DNA of 63,528 bases, the filler included, from Hyphochytrium catenoides (taxonomy: Eukaryota > Protista > Hyphochytriomycota): NCBI GenBank assembly GCA_900088475.1. It is 9 parts of 9 records of this genome, joined end to end, with 100 filler letters (N's around TTAATTAATTAA, not from the genome) between each part and the next. Parts side by side here need not be neighbours in the genome. Positions count along the whole stretch, not along the records: positions 17,377 to 27,778 come from FLMG01004329.1; positions 27,879 to 39,940 come from FLMG01000102.1; positions 40,041 to 56,317 come from FLMG01002326.1; 6 more parts are not named here. The stretch is one strand, 5' to 3'. The notes under the pieces were generated by a model. That model worked only from the letters and a program-made list of their open reading frames with translations, was not told where the DNA came from and searched no databases. Below, piece by piece: positions 26,693 to 40,237 of this stretch (its first letter is position 1; every line of letters starts with the position of its first letter). A program made the translations under genes and the position numbers.

Positions 26693-27419
26693 TCAGAAGC
26701 GCAGCAGCGCCAGGAGAAGCTTGAGATCGGGATTCTCTTCTTCCTCCTCTTCTTCCTCCTTCATGTCTTTCCCATCGTCATCCAGATGTGCGTAGTAGCA
26801 GCGCCGCCCGAACCTGCAGGAGCCAATGCGGCCGTTGAAGTGCCTGCAGGGCGTCCGCTGCCGCTGAGAGAGAAACTCTTCAATGATCCTTTCTTTCTCT
26901 GCTCCAGTCACGAACTTGGAAGAAGGAACAACGTGCGCGCTGCACCGTCGGCAAGATGGACACGCGTGCATCTCCTAGGGGAGGTGGAAGAGGAAAGGAC
27001 AAGTAGAGAGAGAAGAGAAACAAGTGAGAGTGGGCTCTGGGGGAGTCATGTCTCCCGGAGGGAGAGAGAGAGAAAAAGAAGCGGAGTGGAGGTAAGGAAC
27101 ATGCTTGTGAGAGGGAAGAGAGACCATAGGAAGGACATCAGGAGCAAGAAGAGAGGAGATAGGGCGAGGACAGCTGGGTTGCTTCTTGGGAGAAAAGAAA
27201 GGAAGAAGGGTAAAACCTCGTCTTCTTAGCAAGAGAAACGAGGGAGAGAGCCCAGAAGAGGAGCAGCGCAAGGAGGATCTGCACCTTTGCATGTTGCTTC
27301 TTGCTCAAGTTTCTCCATTGTCTAATACAGGGAAGGCAGTAGACGTGCGAGCATTCGACTGGACCGAAAGAATTGCAGTTTGTGGGACCCCACAGGGACA
27401 GGAAGGAGAGAACAAAGAG

Positions 27420-27454
<35 letters not shown>

Positions 27455-27640
27455 NNNNNNNNNNNNNNNNNNNNNNNNNNNNNNNNAAGAGAGAGACAAA
27501 GGAGAGAAAAGGCTGAAAGCATGCTCTGCACCTAGGAGGCCGAACCGCTTGCCCTGCCGCGGGATGTCCTCGAAGCAGATGCCACAGATGAACTCGGAGT
27601 CTCTCCCGCTCCTAGCGTTCGGCTGTGTGCAGTCCGAGGC
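26693..27640 (-). CDS. MKRN: Makorin-like RING/CCCH E3 ligase, 3' part
   Basis: CGICFEDI..KRFGLL | ECSHVYCLPCIRQWR | CPSCR..VVPS RING, followed by a CRHF..CRFGRRCYYAH CCCH finger. Confidence 0.9.
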
Positions 27641-28184
27641 TGAGGGAGAACAGAAGAGAGTTAACACTCAGCAAGAGAGAGAGAGAGAGAAAGGGCAAGT
27701 ATCGTGGCCCCAGAGGCGACTCTATGGTGGGAGATGTTCAGAATAACAGCCCAAGCTGATGTCAGAAAGAAATGAAAGNNNNNNNNNNNNNNNNNNNNNN
27801 NNNNNNNNNNNNNNNNNNNNNNTTAATTAATTAANNNNNNNNNNNNNNNNNNNNNNNNNNNNNNNNNNNNNNNNNNNNGAGAGAGAGAGAGAGAGGGAGA
27901 GAGAAATAAGGAGAGAGGATTTCGCCGTGTGGTGAGGGTGATGGCGACAGAGCTGTGCTTGGAAGAAGGAAATGACAGAAGAGAGGAGACCCAAGTGAGG
28001 AAGGGAAAAGCAATCAGCGGAGAGAGAAAGCGAGAGAAAGCGAGAGAGAGAAGAGAGGGAGAGAGAGAGGAGAGGGAGAGAGAGAGAAAAGCGACAGACT
28101 GTTCGCCTCGCTAAAGAGCGGCTCCAAAGTGCAAGAGCGGAGACGAAACGGGACGTTTCCCTCTCTGGAAGCGAAAAGCAATCT

Positions 28185-28237
<53 letters not shown>

Positions 28238-28604
28238 AGTGGAGGAGCCAGAGACAAAACAGACAGTGGACAGACAGACAGAGGGGGGAAGCGCCAACAG
28301 AGAGAGAGACAGAGAGAGAGAGACAGAGAGAGAGAGAGACGAGTGGAGAGAGAGAGAGACAGAGAAGAGAAAAGAGAGAGGAGAGAGAGAGAGGAAAAAG
28401 GGAGAGAGAGAGGCTTGTGAGACGACGAAGACACAAGATGAAACAGTTCCTCAGAAGAACGAGGAACATCGAGGCTGGACAAGGCGGCGGAGAGCAGTTC
28501 TTTTCGAGGTCTTGAGACGGCCGACAATCCTTCTCTTTCCAGGCTCTTCCACCTTCTGCACCCACATCCCACAGTGGACCACTGCTGCTTGAAAGAGAGA
28601 GTGA

Positions 28605-28641
<37 letters not shown>

Positions 28642-29240
28642 GAGAGAGAGAGGAAAAAACCCCAAGCTGAAGGAGCCGGACTCTCCACCTCCGCATCTCT
28701 GACACGGCGCGCCTGCCTCTCTCCTGTCGTCCATCAGGCGAGGCCAATCGAAGACGCTGCTTCTCTCTCTCGAGCCTGACGGCAACTGGCAAAGGCAGAA
28801 TATTCCTCCGCGCTGAACGTTCCCGCTGTGGGAAGGGGAAGGGGAACCTTTGGAAGAGAGAGAAAGAGAGACAGTGTTAGGAGAAACACGGGGAAGAGAG
28901 AGAGAGAGAGAGAGAGAAAGAGAAAGAGAGAGAGACTGGCTCTGTTTGCAGAAAAGGAAACGCGCAGGAAGAAAGAGTCTTTGAGCGTGAGGCGATGCGC
29001 CCTTGCTAGAGCTCTCCTTGCGCCGTCTCTGGAGCCGCTGGGTCAGCACGGTGGATGCCCTCGGACGGCGGGCTTGCGGGGCAGCTCCGGCGAATGAATC
29101 TTGAGCTCCTGGGCGCGCAGTTCGTTGAAAGGCAGCAGCGCGGGGCAGAGCCAAGCACACGGCCAAGATCTCTCTCAGGCCGTCGGAGACCGCCTCTGCA
29201 GAAGCAGAAGAGTCAGCAGGGCGAGAGCAGAGCGAGAGAG

Positions 29241-31544
29241 ATGCCGAAGAGTCAGCAAGCAGGCGTGCGCTTCACCCTCCGGAACCTGTTCTCAAAGCAG
29301 GGGAAAGATGCGGAAGAGCCTGAAGAGAGAGAGCAGCCCGAAGCGCCAACGGAGGCGCGACAAGGGCGCAAAGGTCCTTCATTGACCCCGCGCGCCGCTC
29401 CGGCCTCCTCTTCCTCTCCCTTCTCTTCGTCTTCTCTCTCCTATGCGCCGCCCGCCTCCTCTGCCACCGCCTCCTCGAACTCGAAAGAGAAGAGAAATAG
29501 CGGCGGAATGTTTGCTTTCCGCCGGTCGAGTGGCGAGGGGAGCGCGAGCAGTGGCGCGGGACAGGAAGGGAAGGACGGAGTGTTCTCTCCTGCCGTGCGG
29601 CTCTGGCTGGAGGAGCTGGAGGCGCGGCTGCACGGTCCGCACGTTGAGCTCTCAGACCTGCAGAGCGACCTGTCAAGACTCAGAGATGTTGCCTTGGGCA
29701 GTGCCTTTGAATATCAGGACAGAGAAGAGTATGAAGGAGGTACCCGTGGGCTCTCCCGTGTGCTTGTCTCTATGGGTGTTCACTCTTCTCTGTTCTGACC
29801 TCGGCGTTCCTCGTCTCGTCTCTCTCTCTCGCTTTTCGCTCGTCCTCCCTACTCTCCCTCTTTCTCTCTCTCTTTCTCTCTGTCTGTCTCTCTCTCTCAC
29901 TGTCATTTCTTCCATCTCCCTCTCTCTCATCTCTCACTCGCATCTCTCTTTTTCATCTCTCTCTTTTGATCTCTCTCTCTCTCTCTCTCTCTCTCATCTC
30001 TTTCATCTCTCTCTTTCATCTCTCATCTCCTCCCTTTCTCTCTATCGCTCGGTTTGTCTCTCTCTCTCTCTCTCTCTCTCTCCCTTCTGCCCGGCCCCCG
30101 TCTCTTTGGGTCTCTGTCTCCCTTCCCGAGTCCTCCCTATCATTGCTCTTAACTGATCCCCTTGTCCTTACGCTGACGTTCTCTCGCCTTTGCCTTGTCT
30201 TTTCCTACTTCAGCGTGTGACCTCCTGGCTCGTGTCTGGGCCTCTCTCTTGGCGCAGCTCGAGGCCACAGAAAGCAAGCAGAGCCGCACCCTCGGGACAG
30301 AGATCCTCGCTGCTCTGGCGGCCCGGAAAGAGTTCACGATCGTCTCTATTAAGACGGCGCCGGCGCCGCTGGGTTGTGAGGAGCAGACAGAGTACAAGCT
30401 CTACCCGCGACGTAAGCGCTCAAAAACTTTTAAGAGAGAAGAGATTCATGGCGACGCTAACAATATTGTCTCCTTTCTCTCTTTTTCTCTCTCTCTCTGT
30501 CTCTCTCCCTGTGTTCATCTATCTCTCTCTCTGCCCATTTACTAGGTTCTAACAGGAAGGAAGCACAACGATTTGAAGCGTTGCTCTTCCGCAGCCTTCA
30601 GTACGTGGACAGCCAGCTGCGGCCCATCCGATCCAAGACTCTCGCCTCTCACCTGGAGCTCCTGGCAGTGGCCTCGCGAGTCTTCGCTGTGTCTTTCCTG
30701 CTGCAGGGAAATGTGAAGCTCTCGATATTGACCTCTCTCTCAGAGGCTCATCAGCGCTATGACAACCAGCTGAGAGCTTCAAGAGGAAAAAGAGGCAGAG
30801 CAGACCCTAACTCAAAGTCCAGAGATGGCCGCGGAAGTGGCAGATGGCCGAACATCCAGTCGCTCATGCAGGACATCGCGGCCCAACTCATTGCCGACCG
30901 GCCGCGGCCAACCATCAAGGGCCGCAGTCGATCTCGGACCACATCCAAGGCCCGGGCCGTCCTTCCTCCTCCGAAGCTCTCCGTCTTACTAAACGCCGTG
31001 AAGGAGGAATGTGGCTCGATGGGTCCCAGCAGCAACTTCATCAACGTGATTCTTTGGTCCCCGATGGCGGAGCTGCAGAGTCTGCATGACAGGCTGGTCA
31101 AGGACGCAGAGTTCTTCTTCAGTTTCGTCTGCTCAGTGGTAGAGGAGCTCACTTCCAGAAGTGGCGGAGGTGAGGAGCTAGGAATGCTGATCTCCTTCTC
31201 TTTGATCATTGTCGGAGAGTTCTGGACTGGGCTGATTCTCTGCCTCACTTCTTGCCAAGCAACCGATTCAAAGCTTTTCTTCTCTCGTTTTGCTCCTGGT
31301 GCGCTCTCCTTTCTCTCTCTCTCTGTCTCTCTCTCTCTCTCTTCGCCAAAGGATAGTTACCCCGTCTTCGATTCTCTGTCTTCTCAACTCTTCCTTCTTG
31401 CAGAAAAATTAAATTGGATGACGGACTCTTCTCTTGCTGACCTGGTCGTCCTCGCCCTGAAGATAGTGCAGAACGCTGCATACAAACAATGGTAAGTCTC
31501 TCTTGCCTTCAATGCCCGAGATCTTATCCAGATAAAGCACCTGA

Positions 31545-31587
<43 letters not shown>

Positions 31588-33340
31588 CTGTCTCTCTGTC
31601 TCTCTCTGTGTATCTCTCTCTCTGTCTCTCTCATGTCTCCACTTTGGATTCTCTTCTTGGCTCGGCTCTCTCTCTCAGGGTGGATATGCAGACCGATGAT
31701 GAATGCACAGAGCGAAGCCGCTACCTCCGAGAGGTCTGGGAGAACGGACTGTACTTTAGAATGACCACGCGCTCCGCCAAGGCCATCCTCACGATGAGCT
31801 CTCGTCTCTTTAGTCTGGATCCTCAGCTTCTCAACCTCATGCTCATCGCGCTCGTGGAGCGTGTCAACATCAACTCTGTCCAGTCTGTGGGCCTCGCGCT
31901 CAGTCAAGTGGAGCGGTGGCTGGGCACGCTGTTGGTGGAAGTGGACTTTGTTGCCAGCAGCCCAGAGAGAGAGGATTATTTCCCTTCTTACTTGTTGAGA
32001 CCCGGCATCGTCTCGATTCCCATCTTCGTCTTTATGTTGCAGGAGTTCCTGCAGAGTTCTCAGTATGAAAGCTTGAAGAAGGTGCTCCTCTTCCTCTATC
32101 GGCAGCTCGACTTCTTTGACAATGAGATGCGCCTCAGCGTCATGGAGATCTTGCTAAGGTTCCACGGGCGATTGTTCCTCCACTGGCACGCGGAGGTGCG
32201 GTCATACTATCATCACATTCTTGTCTACAAGGTCTTCAGAAGGAACCGCTTGGCGCTACAGGTGAGCTAGAGCCTACAGCGGGTGCCTTCTCTCTCGCTC
32301 TCTGCCTGTCTCTCCCTCTTTCTTCTCGCCTGTCTTTCTCTCAGTCTCTCTTTCTTCAGTCACGCTAATCTGGCTCTCTCGGCGTGTCTTCTTCTTTCGT
32401 GGCCCTTTAGCCTTTACCGTTCCACCTCTGCCTACGCGCTGTTATGTTCTCAAGCTCTTGGGCTGTCACTCCTTGAGCCTGAGCTCGACTCCCTTCGCCT
32501 GCACGTCTTGTCCGTCTCTATTTCATCCATCTCTATATGCCAGCTCTCTCTCTCCCTCTTACCCATACACTCTCTCTCTGTCTCTCCCACTGTGTTTCTC
32601 TTCACCTCCCATTCCTCATTCCCTTCGCTATCAATCTCTGTTCTCTTTGACAATCTTTTCTCCTTCGCAACCCTGAGCTCACCCTCTCACTGCCTCTATA
32701 ACAGACCGTGACGGACCACATCCTCATCGCAAACGGCGATCTTCTCCATCCAACGGACATGCAGGTGCAAGAAGAACGGCGGCTGAGAGAGAGAAACAGA
32801 GGAAAGACCAAGGACGCGTCTCCCGAGGAGGCAAAGTTCTTCTCTTCCATCACTGCGGACATGCGACACGACCAGATGCTTTGGACTCTAGTTGACGCCA
32901 ACATCGCGCTAGTGATCCAGAGAGAGAGAGAAAATGCGCGGCGGTGCAATCAGAAGCACGACTTTGAGGTCCGCGCGGCGAGAAATCGCGCAAAAGAGTT
33001 CAAGAAGCTTCACAAAGAGAGACCCTCTCTCGATGGGAGACAGGACCCTACCAGCCTCAGCTCCTACGCCAGCGAGGGGATGCAGAAGCTCAGCCTGCCA
33101 TCCCAAGAAGGGACAGAGCCTCCTCGTGTACCGATCTACCTTCAGTATCTACAGCAGGACGAGCAGGAGGTGCTGGACGAGCTGTGCAGCATTGCCAATG
33201 ACTATAATCGCCGCGGCATGCAGAACTACGCGCACATCTCTCTTCGATCCTACAGCGATCTGCTGCTTAACTATTATGAATGTGCCCAGGAGCTAGGCCT
33301 CCGGGCGCTGGTCCCTTCTCCAGACCTTGGCTTTTCGTAA
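29241..33340 (+). CDS. DUF1765/UPF0592-like helical protein, 5 exons (29241-29739, 30214-30411, 30546-31491, 31679-32261, 32706-33340); start may be 29094
   Basis: GT-AG exon chain. The C-terminal KVLLFLY...RLFLHWHAEVRSYYHHILVYKV matches my recollection of the DUF1765 pattern. Confidence 0.7.
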
Positions 33341-33548
33341 GACAAGGGCAGCATTTCTATAATAAAAAGCGTTATGTGCCTCTTTCTCTGTCTCTCTCCC
33401 AACCTCTTCCCGCATACTAGAGAGACCGGGCCAGCGCCGTCATCAAAGTATCGACAGGAGCCTAAGTAAGTGATAAGCTAGGGGAATGCGCATTAACCAT
33501 CGTATAAATAAGGGGATAGCGTTATGATCCGTCAAAGATGCAAGCAAA

Positions 33549-35282
33549 CTACGCATCTTCCGCCCCTTCCAGGCGCCAGATGCGGATAAGATGGTCGTCC
33601 CCTGCGGAGGCGAGCAGCTCTGGACGCTTGGGATGCCATCGGACGCAGTTCACATCTCCAGCGTGCGCTTGAGGGCAGTGGAGAAGCTCGCTAAAGCTTG
33701 GTGTGTCAGGATTTACGTCGGAATCTTCGCGGAAGATCTTTGCGGAAGAGAGAGAGAGAGAGAGACGGAGAGAGAGAGAGAGTTATTTGCATTGTCATCA
33801 GAGAGAGTTGAGAGAAGAGACAGGATGGTACCTTGATGTCATTATTGGCGCTACAGCTAGCGATCAGGTGGTTCAGTGGACTCCAATCCATGGAGTAGAT
33901 GGACCTCTCATGTGCTCCCTGGAGAGTGCAGACACGCCGCCACCGAGGCCTGGACGTAAGAAGCTTGAAGTNNNNNNNNNNNNNNNNNNNNNNNNNNNNN
34001 NNNNNNNNNNNNNNNNNNNNNNNNNNNNNNNNNNNNNNNNNNNNNNNNNNNNNNNNNNNNNNNNNNNNNNNNNNNNNNNNNNNNNNNNNNNNNNNNNNNN
34101 NNNNNNNNNNNNNNNNNNNNNNNNNNNNNNNNNNNNNNNNNNNNNNNNNNNNNNNNNNNNNNNNNNNNNNNNNNNNNNNNNNNNNNNNNNNNNNNNNNNN
34201 NNNNNNNNNNNNNNNNNNNNNNNNNNNNNNNNNNNNNNNNNNNNNNNNNNNNNNNNNNNNNNNNNNNNNNNNNNNNNNNNNNNNNNNNNNNNNNNNNNNN
34301 NNNNNNNTGGTTCAGTGGACTCCAATCCATGGAGTAGATGGACCGCTCGTGTGCTCCCTGGAGAGTGCAGACACGCCGCCACCGGGGCCTGGACGTAAGA
34401 AGCTTGAAGTTAGGAAAGAACTAGGAATTTAGGACAGAGAACGGCGGACATAGCCAAGGAGAGAGGAAGAGCAGAGAAGAGAGGAGCTAGTTAAGATGAG
34501 AGAGTTCAGGAGACGACGCACTGTAGGGCTGGAAAGAGTTTCCAGATGATAAGATCCGTGTCATCCCCGCCAGACACCATCCTCTCGCCCTTCGCATCCA
34601 GGGCCAAGCTCCAAACAGTAGACTTGTGGCCTGTTAGGCAGAGAGCCGCACGACTTTAGTCATGAAGCAAGAAGGAGAGAAAGGCAAAGGAGAGAAAAGC
34701 GAAGAGAGAGAATGAGACAAAGAGTAAGAGAGACAGAGAGAGAGAGAGAGAGAAGGAAGCAATGGAGAGCCCGGGAAGAGATTGCGGTGGCCCCTACAGA
34801 CCTGTCAGGGTCTCTTCTAGCGTCCAGTCGTCCTCATCGTCTTTCCAGACTCTAACAGTGTCGTCATAGCTGGAAGAGAAGAGAAAGTCCTCCGTTGGAT
34901 GCCATCGGACAAACTTCACGTCCTGCGGCAGGGAGAAAGAAGGAAGGAGAAGGCACGGTCTGGAAAATTAGTAGGGTTAGAGGGAAGAGAGCGTTTTAAG
35001 CACCACTAAGGAAGGCGGTAAGAGAGAGAGAGAGTGAGAGAAAGAAGGAGGGAAAAAGAGAGAGGAAGCAAGCGGAGCTATTGGGAGAGAGAAAGAGATA
35101 GAGAGCATGGAGGGAGCAAGAACCATGGCTGACGACAAGAGAAAGAAGAGGAGGGAGAAGTAAGAGAAAGAAGTCAGAGGGTAAAGGCCCTGGTTTAGAG
35201 GAGGCGGTGACACTGAAGAAAGAGAGGAGGGCATTGAGAGAGGACAGGAATAGGAGAGAGAGAGAGAAAGAGAAAGAAAGGA

Positions 35283-35313
<31 letters not shown>

Positions 35314-35769
35314 CACAGGAGAGCTGGCGCCGTCCAAACTGAAAGTAAGCCCCACACTGACCTGCGTGTGGCCATGCAAGACACTAACACATTCAAAATC
35401 ATTCTCCGGGTCTGCCTCCCAGATCCAGATGCTCTTATCGCGGCCTGAGGTCGCCAGCAGAGTTCCTGGAAGGAGAAAGTAAGGACGGCGCGTTAAGCGA
35501 CGAAGTGAGAGCGGCGCCTGGCACGGGGCCAGTCGTGGGCTTACCATCAGGTTTCCAGCTCACGCTCTTCACCTCGTTCTCGTGCCCTTCCAGCCGCGCG
35601 ATGTGGACAAAGTCACCCTTCTGCAGCTCCCAGATGANNNNNNNNNNNNNNNNNNNNNNAGAGAGAGATAAAGATAGTTGGTTACCAGAGCTCTTGAGGT
35701 GCCACGATAAGAGAGCATGGAGAAAAAGGTGAGTCAAGGAAGAGAGAGAGCGAGCGAGCGACCGAGAAG

Positions 35770-35800
<31 letters not shown>

Positions 35801-36197
35801 CTAGAAAAGTGATAGGAGAGATGGGACCCGTTTTCCTCAAGAAAAAGAAAAGCGAGATGTAGGTAGTGCCCCTAGAACTTTGACTCGCACCATTCACAGG
35901 CCCGGATAGTTCGACTCTGAGCCTCCTCCAGAGTCGCGATGCACACCCAGCGCTCGCCTGTCAGACAGAGTGGCAAGAAGATTGCAGCCGTTAAGGATCT
36001 GGCAGAGGCCAACGGAGAATCATGACAAGATGCTAAAGATTAATGGAGTTTCTTCTGGCACCTTGCTCTGCGTAGACGCGAACCGTCTTATCGCCTCCAC
36101 AGGTGGCCAGAAGCTTGCCATTGGGCGACCAAGCGCAGTACCAGACTCTGTCTGAATGACCAGACAGCGCGGCAACCTCCTTCAGCTGGGGCATCAT
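33549..36197 (-). CDS. CIAO1: Cytosolic Fe-S assembly WD40 protein CIA1
   Basis: [50 protein letters not shown]|[22 protein letters not shown]. Part of the gene lies in N gaps. Confidence 0.93.
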
Positions 36198-36721
36198 CGT
36201 TCTGTCTCTCCTTCAGTTTAGAAGGCCTTCCAAAGCAGCCGCAAGGGATAGGCTCAGCCCCTGAACTCACTCTCTCTCTGTTCCGAAGCGGGGATCCACG
36301 TGCTTCTCAGCGATCTCTTGAGCTACTCTTCAGCTGATTCTGCTTCTGACAAGCGCTGGTAAGTTCTCCCCGTCTGACCACGACCAGCAGAGCGAGCTTC
36401 TGAGGGAGAGCGAGACACTCACGGACCACTGCTTGAGGCTCCACTGCTGGCAAACTCTGCGACCGTCCTTCTCTTCTTCCTTCGCAGATGAGATCACCGG
36501 CTGTCCAAATTGTAAAAGAGATGAATCTTGGACGACACGGCCGCCCTGAGCCCTGAGTGAGGCTAGGTAGCCGTAGCCGTCGTGCAGGATGAGAGCAAAA
36601 AGAGAGAGAAGAGAGAGAGAAAGAGAAGAAGAGAGAATGAAAGAGAGGTGAGAGAGAGCGAGAGAGAGCGAGAGAGAGCGAGAGAGAGCGAGAGAGAGAC
36701 AGAGAGAGAGAGGGAGGGGGG

Positions 36722-36755
<34 letters not shown>

Positions 36756-37091
36756 GAGAGAGAGACAGAGGGAGACAGAGAGAAAGAGAGAGAAAGAGAG
36801 ATAAAGCGTGTGATCAGAAAGTTCGGCCCTACACCACACGCCCATCGGCCGCAAGCCTACCGTTACCGGCTATCAATGTCTCTTGCTAGAAGGGACAATT
36901 GAGAGCTTGTTTGTATTTTTAGAGAGGATGCCTTGTCCATACAGCTCTAATCAGTGTGAGACTGTCTACAAGGGTTGATACAGACTGAGGTGAACGCTAC
37001 TGTACAGCGGTCTACACCTTACTTACCCCCGTATTGGTTGGTACCCAGAGAGAAAATTCTTGATGGGAGTTCCTATTATTGTCCTCCTCTT

Positions 37092-37138
<47 letters not shown>

Positions 37139-37799
37139 CCTTCTATCTTTCTTTCTCTTTCTCTTTCTCTCTTTTTTCTTTGTCTTCCTCTTTCTCTTTC
37201 TCTCTTTCTCTCTCGCTTTCTCTCTTTCTCTCTCTCTCCCACACTCTCTGCCCCCCTCTCTCTCCTCTGCCCACTCTCTCTTTCCCTCTACCTCCCCTCT
37301 ATCGCTCAAGCTCCTCCTTTTCTCTTCTCTTGAGTGCAGCTTGCCCTTCGCCTATCAGCTCCGTCCTCCCCGTTCTCTTGTCCAATAAAGCGCAGCAAGC
37401 GGCGACCCGACCAGAGAGCAAGTGAAGTATGTCTTCTCTTCTTTATGGGCCTTCCAAACCTTCCTCAAGGGAAAGAGCAGCTTTCTTTCCTTCTTCTCCT
37501 TCTTTTCTTCGCTGCGCGGCCATGTAGCAGCACAGAAGAGGAGCCGGGCAGAGAGGAGGATCTGCCCTTTCCTCTTTCTCTCTCTCTTTCTCTCTCTTTT
37601 GCTCCTCGTCCTGGCAAGCTACAGGGCCTTTCCAACGTCCTCAATAGCCCTTGACTAGGAGCTGGGAGCCCTCAACTGCGCTGGCTCTCTTCCTCAGTCT
37701 TCTATTATCCCTGAAGAGCAAAGAGAAGCCTCAACTGAAACTTCGTCACTGTCTCCTGCATCCTTCTCTCCTCCTTCTTCTTATTCAACAACGGGCAGC

Positions 37800-38939
37800 A
37801 TGACAGTCCATCAAGAGCTAGAGGAGCAGCCCCGTCGGTCTCCTGCTGACCCTGAAGCCTCCTCTCTCTCCTTCTCTCCTGCTGCCTCCTTCCCTGACGG
37901 TGGCAATCTGACCAATCCTTCAAAGGATCACCAGCAGGAAGGAGATAGAAAAGACGATAATGGAGAGAGAGTCCAGCCACGGCGGTGGGCGCTCTTCTTC
38001 GATAACGGAGGTGTCCTGAACGATAACTCTGTGCGTGGAGGACAGTGGCGGAGACACCTTGGAGACTTCTTCATCAATCGTTTGGGCGGTGACGCAGAGC
38101 TGTGGGGCCAAGCGAACCATCACATGCTTACAACGGATTATGAGACGCTCTGGGACGCTGAGAAGCTGCTGCGGTGGTACTACGGGCCCGGAGGACCCGC
38201 GGAAGGAAAGAGAAGTCTACCTGAAGAGCAGATGGCAGGCAGAGAGAGAGAAGATAGCGTAGACACTGTGGATGAGTGGCTGATGGGCTTCTCTTACCTG
38301 GACCTAGACCGCGCCTACAACTCCCGATGGATGTTGGGCATGCTGAGAGCTTATCGCCGCTTTGCTGCCTCCTCTACCGACCCACGGTCTACTATCTCTC
38401 CAGCCCTTGATCTGGCCTTCAAGGCACTGGAAGACGATGAAGAAGCGGCAGTCAAGCTCGCGGATGATGCGTCAAAGTACGTGGTGCCGCTGGTGAAAAG
38501 TGCTTTCCCTGGCACACGGGAGACGCTGGAGAAGCTGAAGTCTGACGGCTTCAAGCTCTTCACTGCTTCCAATGAGCCTTCTTTCCTTCTGCAGCTCTGT
38601 CTTCAGGGGATTGGCGTGCGACATCTGTTCGAATCCTCAGTTCTCTATGGGCCTGACACTGTCGGACTGGTGGGCAAGTTTTCTTCTGAGTATTACCGGC
38701 GAATCTTCTCCCACTCGGGAGTCAAGCCCTCAAACGCCATTGTCCTGGACGATAAAGAGAAGATCTTAAGCTGGGCCGCTGCCTGTGGAGCGCTAACAGT
38801 GCACGTAACTGGAGACTCTGTCTCTACGAAGACGAAAGAAAAGGGAGGCGTCAAGCTCGCGGCATCTTCTCCTCATATCTGTATCGAGAAGGTCGCGGAC
38901 CTGCCCGCCGTGTTAGAGAAGCTTGGGTTCTATGATTAG
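37800..38939 (+). CDS. HAD-superfamily hydrolase (intronless)
   Basis: Motif I LFFDNGGVLND, FPGTRETLEKLK..G, motif II TASN, motif III K (GKFS), motif IV VLDDK. Confidence 0.85.
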   Translation: MTVHQELEEQPRRSPADPEASSLSFSPAASFPDGGNLTNPSKDHQQEGDRKDDNGERVQPRRWALFFDNGGVLNDNSVRGGQWRRHLGDFFINRLGGDAELWGQANHHMLTTDYETLWDAEKLLRWYYGPGGPAEGKRSLPEEQMAGREREDSVDTVDEWLMGFSYLDLDRAYNSRWMLGMLRAYRRFAASSTDPRSTISPALDLAFKALEDDEEAAVKLADDASKYVVPLVKSAFPGTRETLEKLKSDGFKLFTASNEPSFLLQLCLQGIGVRHLFESSVLYGPDTVGLVGKFSSEYYRRIFSHSGVKPSNAIVLDDKEKILSWAAACGALTVHVTGDSVSTKTKEKGGVKLAASSPHICIEKVADLPAVLEKLGFYD

Positions 38940-39711
38940 ACATGAACTGGCCCAGGCAGCTTAGCCTTTTAGAGTAGACTGTCCCATACCTTTCGCGACA
39001 ATGTGGCTAATCTTTCTTAAGTGACTAAAGCTACTAAGCCCATCATCTACGACGCTCAGCAGGCCCAAATGACGTTGGGGCAGACCGCGCCCTATCTACT
39101 GACGACCAGTCCACGGCAGTGGCGACGCTTGATGACTCGTGTTGCTTGAGACGTGACAAAGAACTAATGTCGCAGGGAGCGTGTCAGAAGGCGGGAGAAG
39201 GTCGGGGACCAAATGTAGAGACTGCGCAACTGCCTGACGCTGTCCCCTAGGCTAGACAGAGCAGCCTGGGCACAGATTGGGGCCATCGCGAAGGAGAAGC
39301 ACATCGTAGCCAGGACTTTCTTTGCATGTTGGATGTATGGCAATAAATAGAAAGCAAGAGACAGCGCAACAAATTATCTTCAGTGGCTAAGGACGAAGGA
39401 AAAGACCAGGTGCAGGCTCTGCTCGTCTATAAATATCGTCGGGCAAGGGCTTTGACTCGAGCGTCGAAGGTAGAAGAGGCGATTGGCGCCTCTGGGTGGT
39501 AGAAAGGGTTCATCAGTAGCTGTCGGGAGAGGAAAAGAGAGATTTAGCTTACCACCACCGGCAACTCGTGGGATTAGAGTAGAGAAATATAGAGAATGAA
39601 AGAAAGAGAGCGAGAGGAGAGAGAGAGTTGAGAGAAAGGAGCTGAAGTAGAAGGCATCAGAGAGTTCCTGCATTGCCCCTTTCGCGTAGGGCATGCAGTG
39701 GATAGCGAACA

Positions 39712-39764
<53 letters not shown>

Positions 39765-40196
39765 AGAGAGAGGGGAACAGATAGTTCCATACAGAGAGCA
39801 TGGCACATAGAGTGAGCTGTGGGCATCGCGATGGTACCTTGATGTACAACTCATAGACCTCCTGGAAGAACACTTTGATGCCATCCTCATTCCTCGTCTC
39901 ATGCAGAAGAAGGAACTTTGTGTTGCCAGCAGTGACGAAGNNNNNNNNNNNNNNNNNNNNNNNNNNNNNNNNNNNNNNNNNNNNTTAATTAATTAANNNN
40001 NNNNNNNNNNNNNNNNNNNNNNNNNNNNNNNNNNNNNNNNGCTGACTTCTGCTGCTTCGTCAGCGCCTCTCACTCAGCTGTGGCGCCTAAGATCGGCCGC
40101 CTTATGATGTCTTATGACGCTTCCTCGTCCTTCCTCTTCTACCGTCGCTCTCTTCGTTCTTCCTCTTCCTTCCCTTTCTCTCTGTTTCTTTCTTCC

Positions 40197-40237
<41 letters not shown>

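Noticed and set aside
33869-34411. Apparent exon duplication in CIAO1
   Set aside because: Near-identical ~100-bp copies directly flank an N gap, which is typical of an unmerged contig overlap or haplotypes. The same pattern occurs around the gap at 5049-5116.
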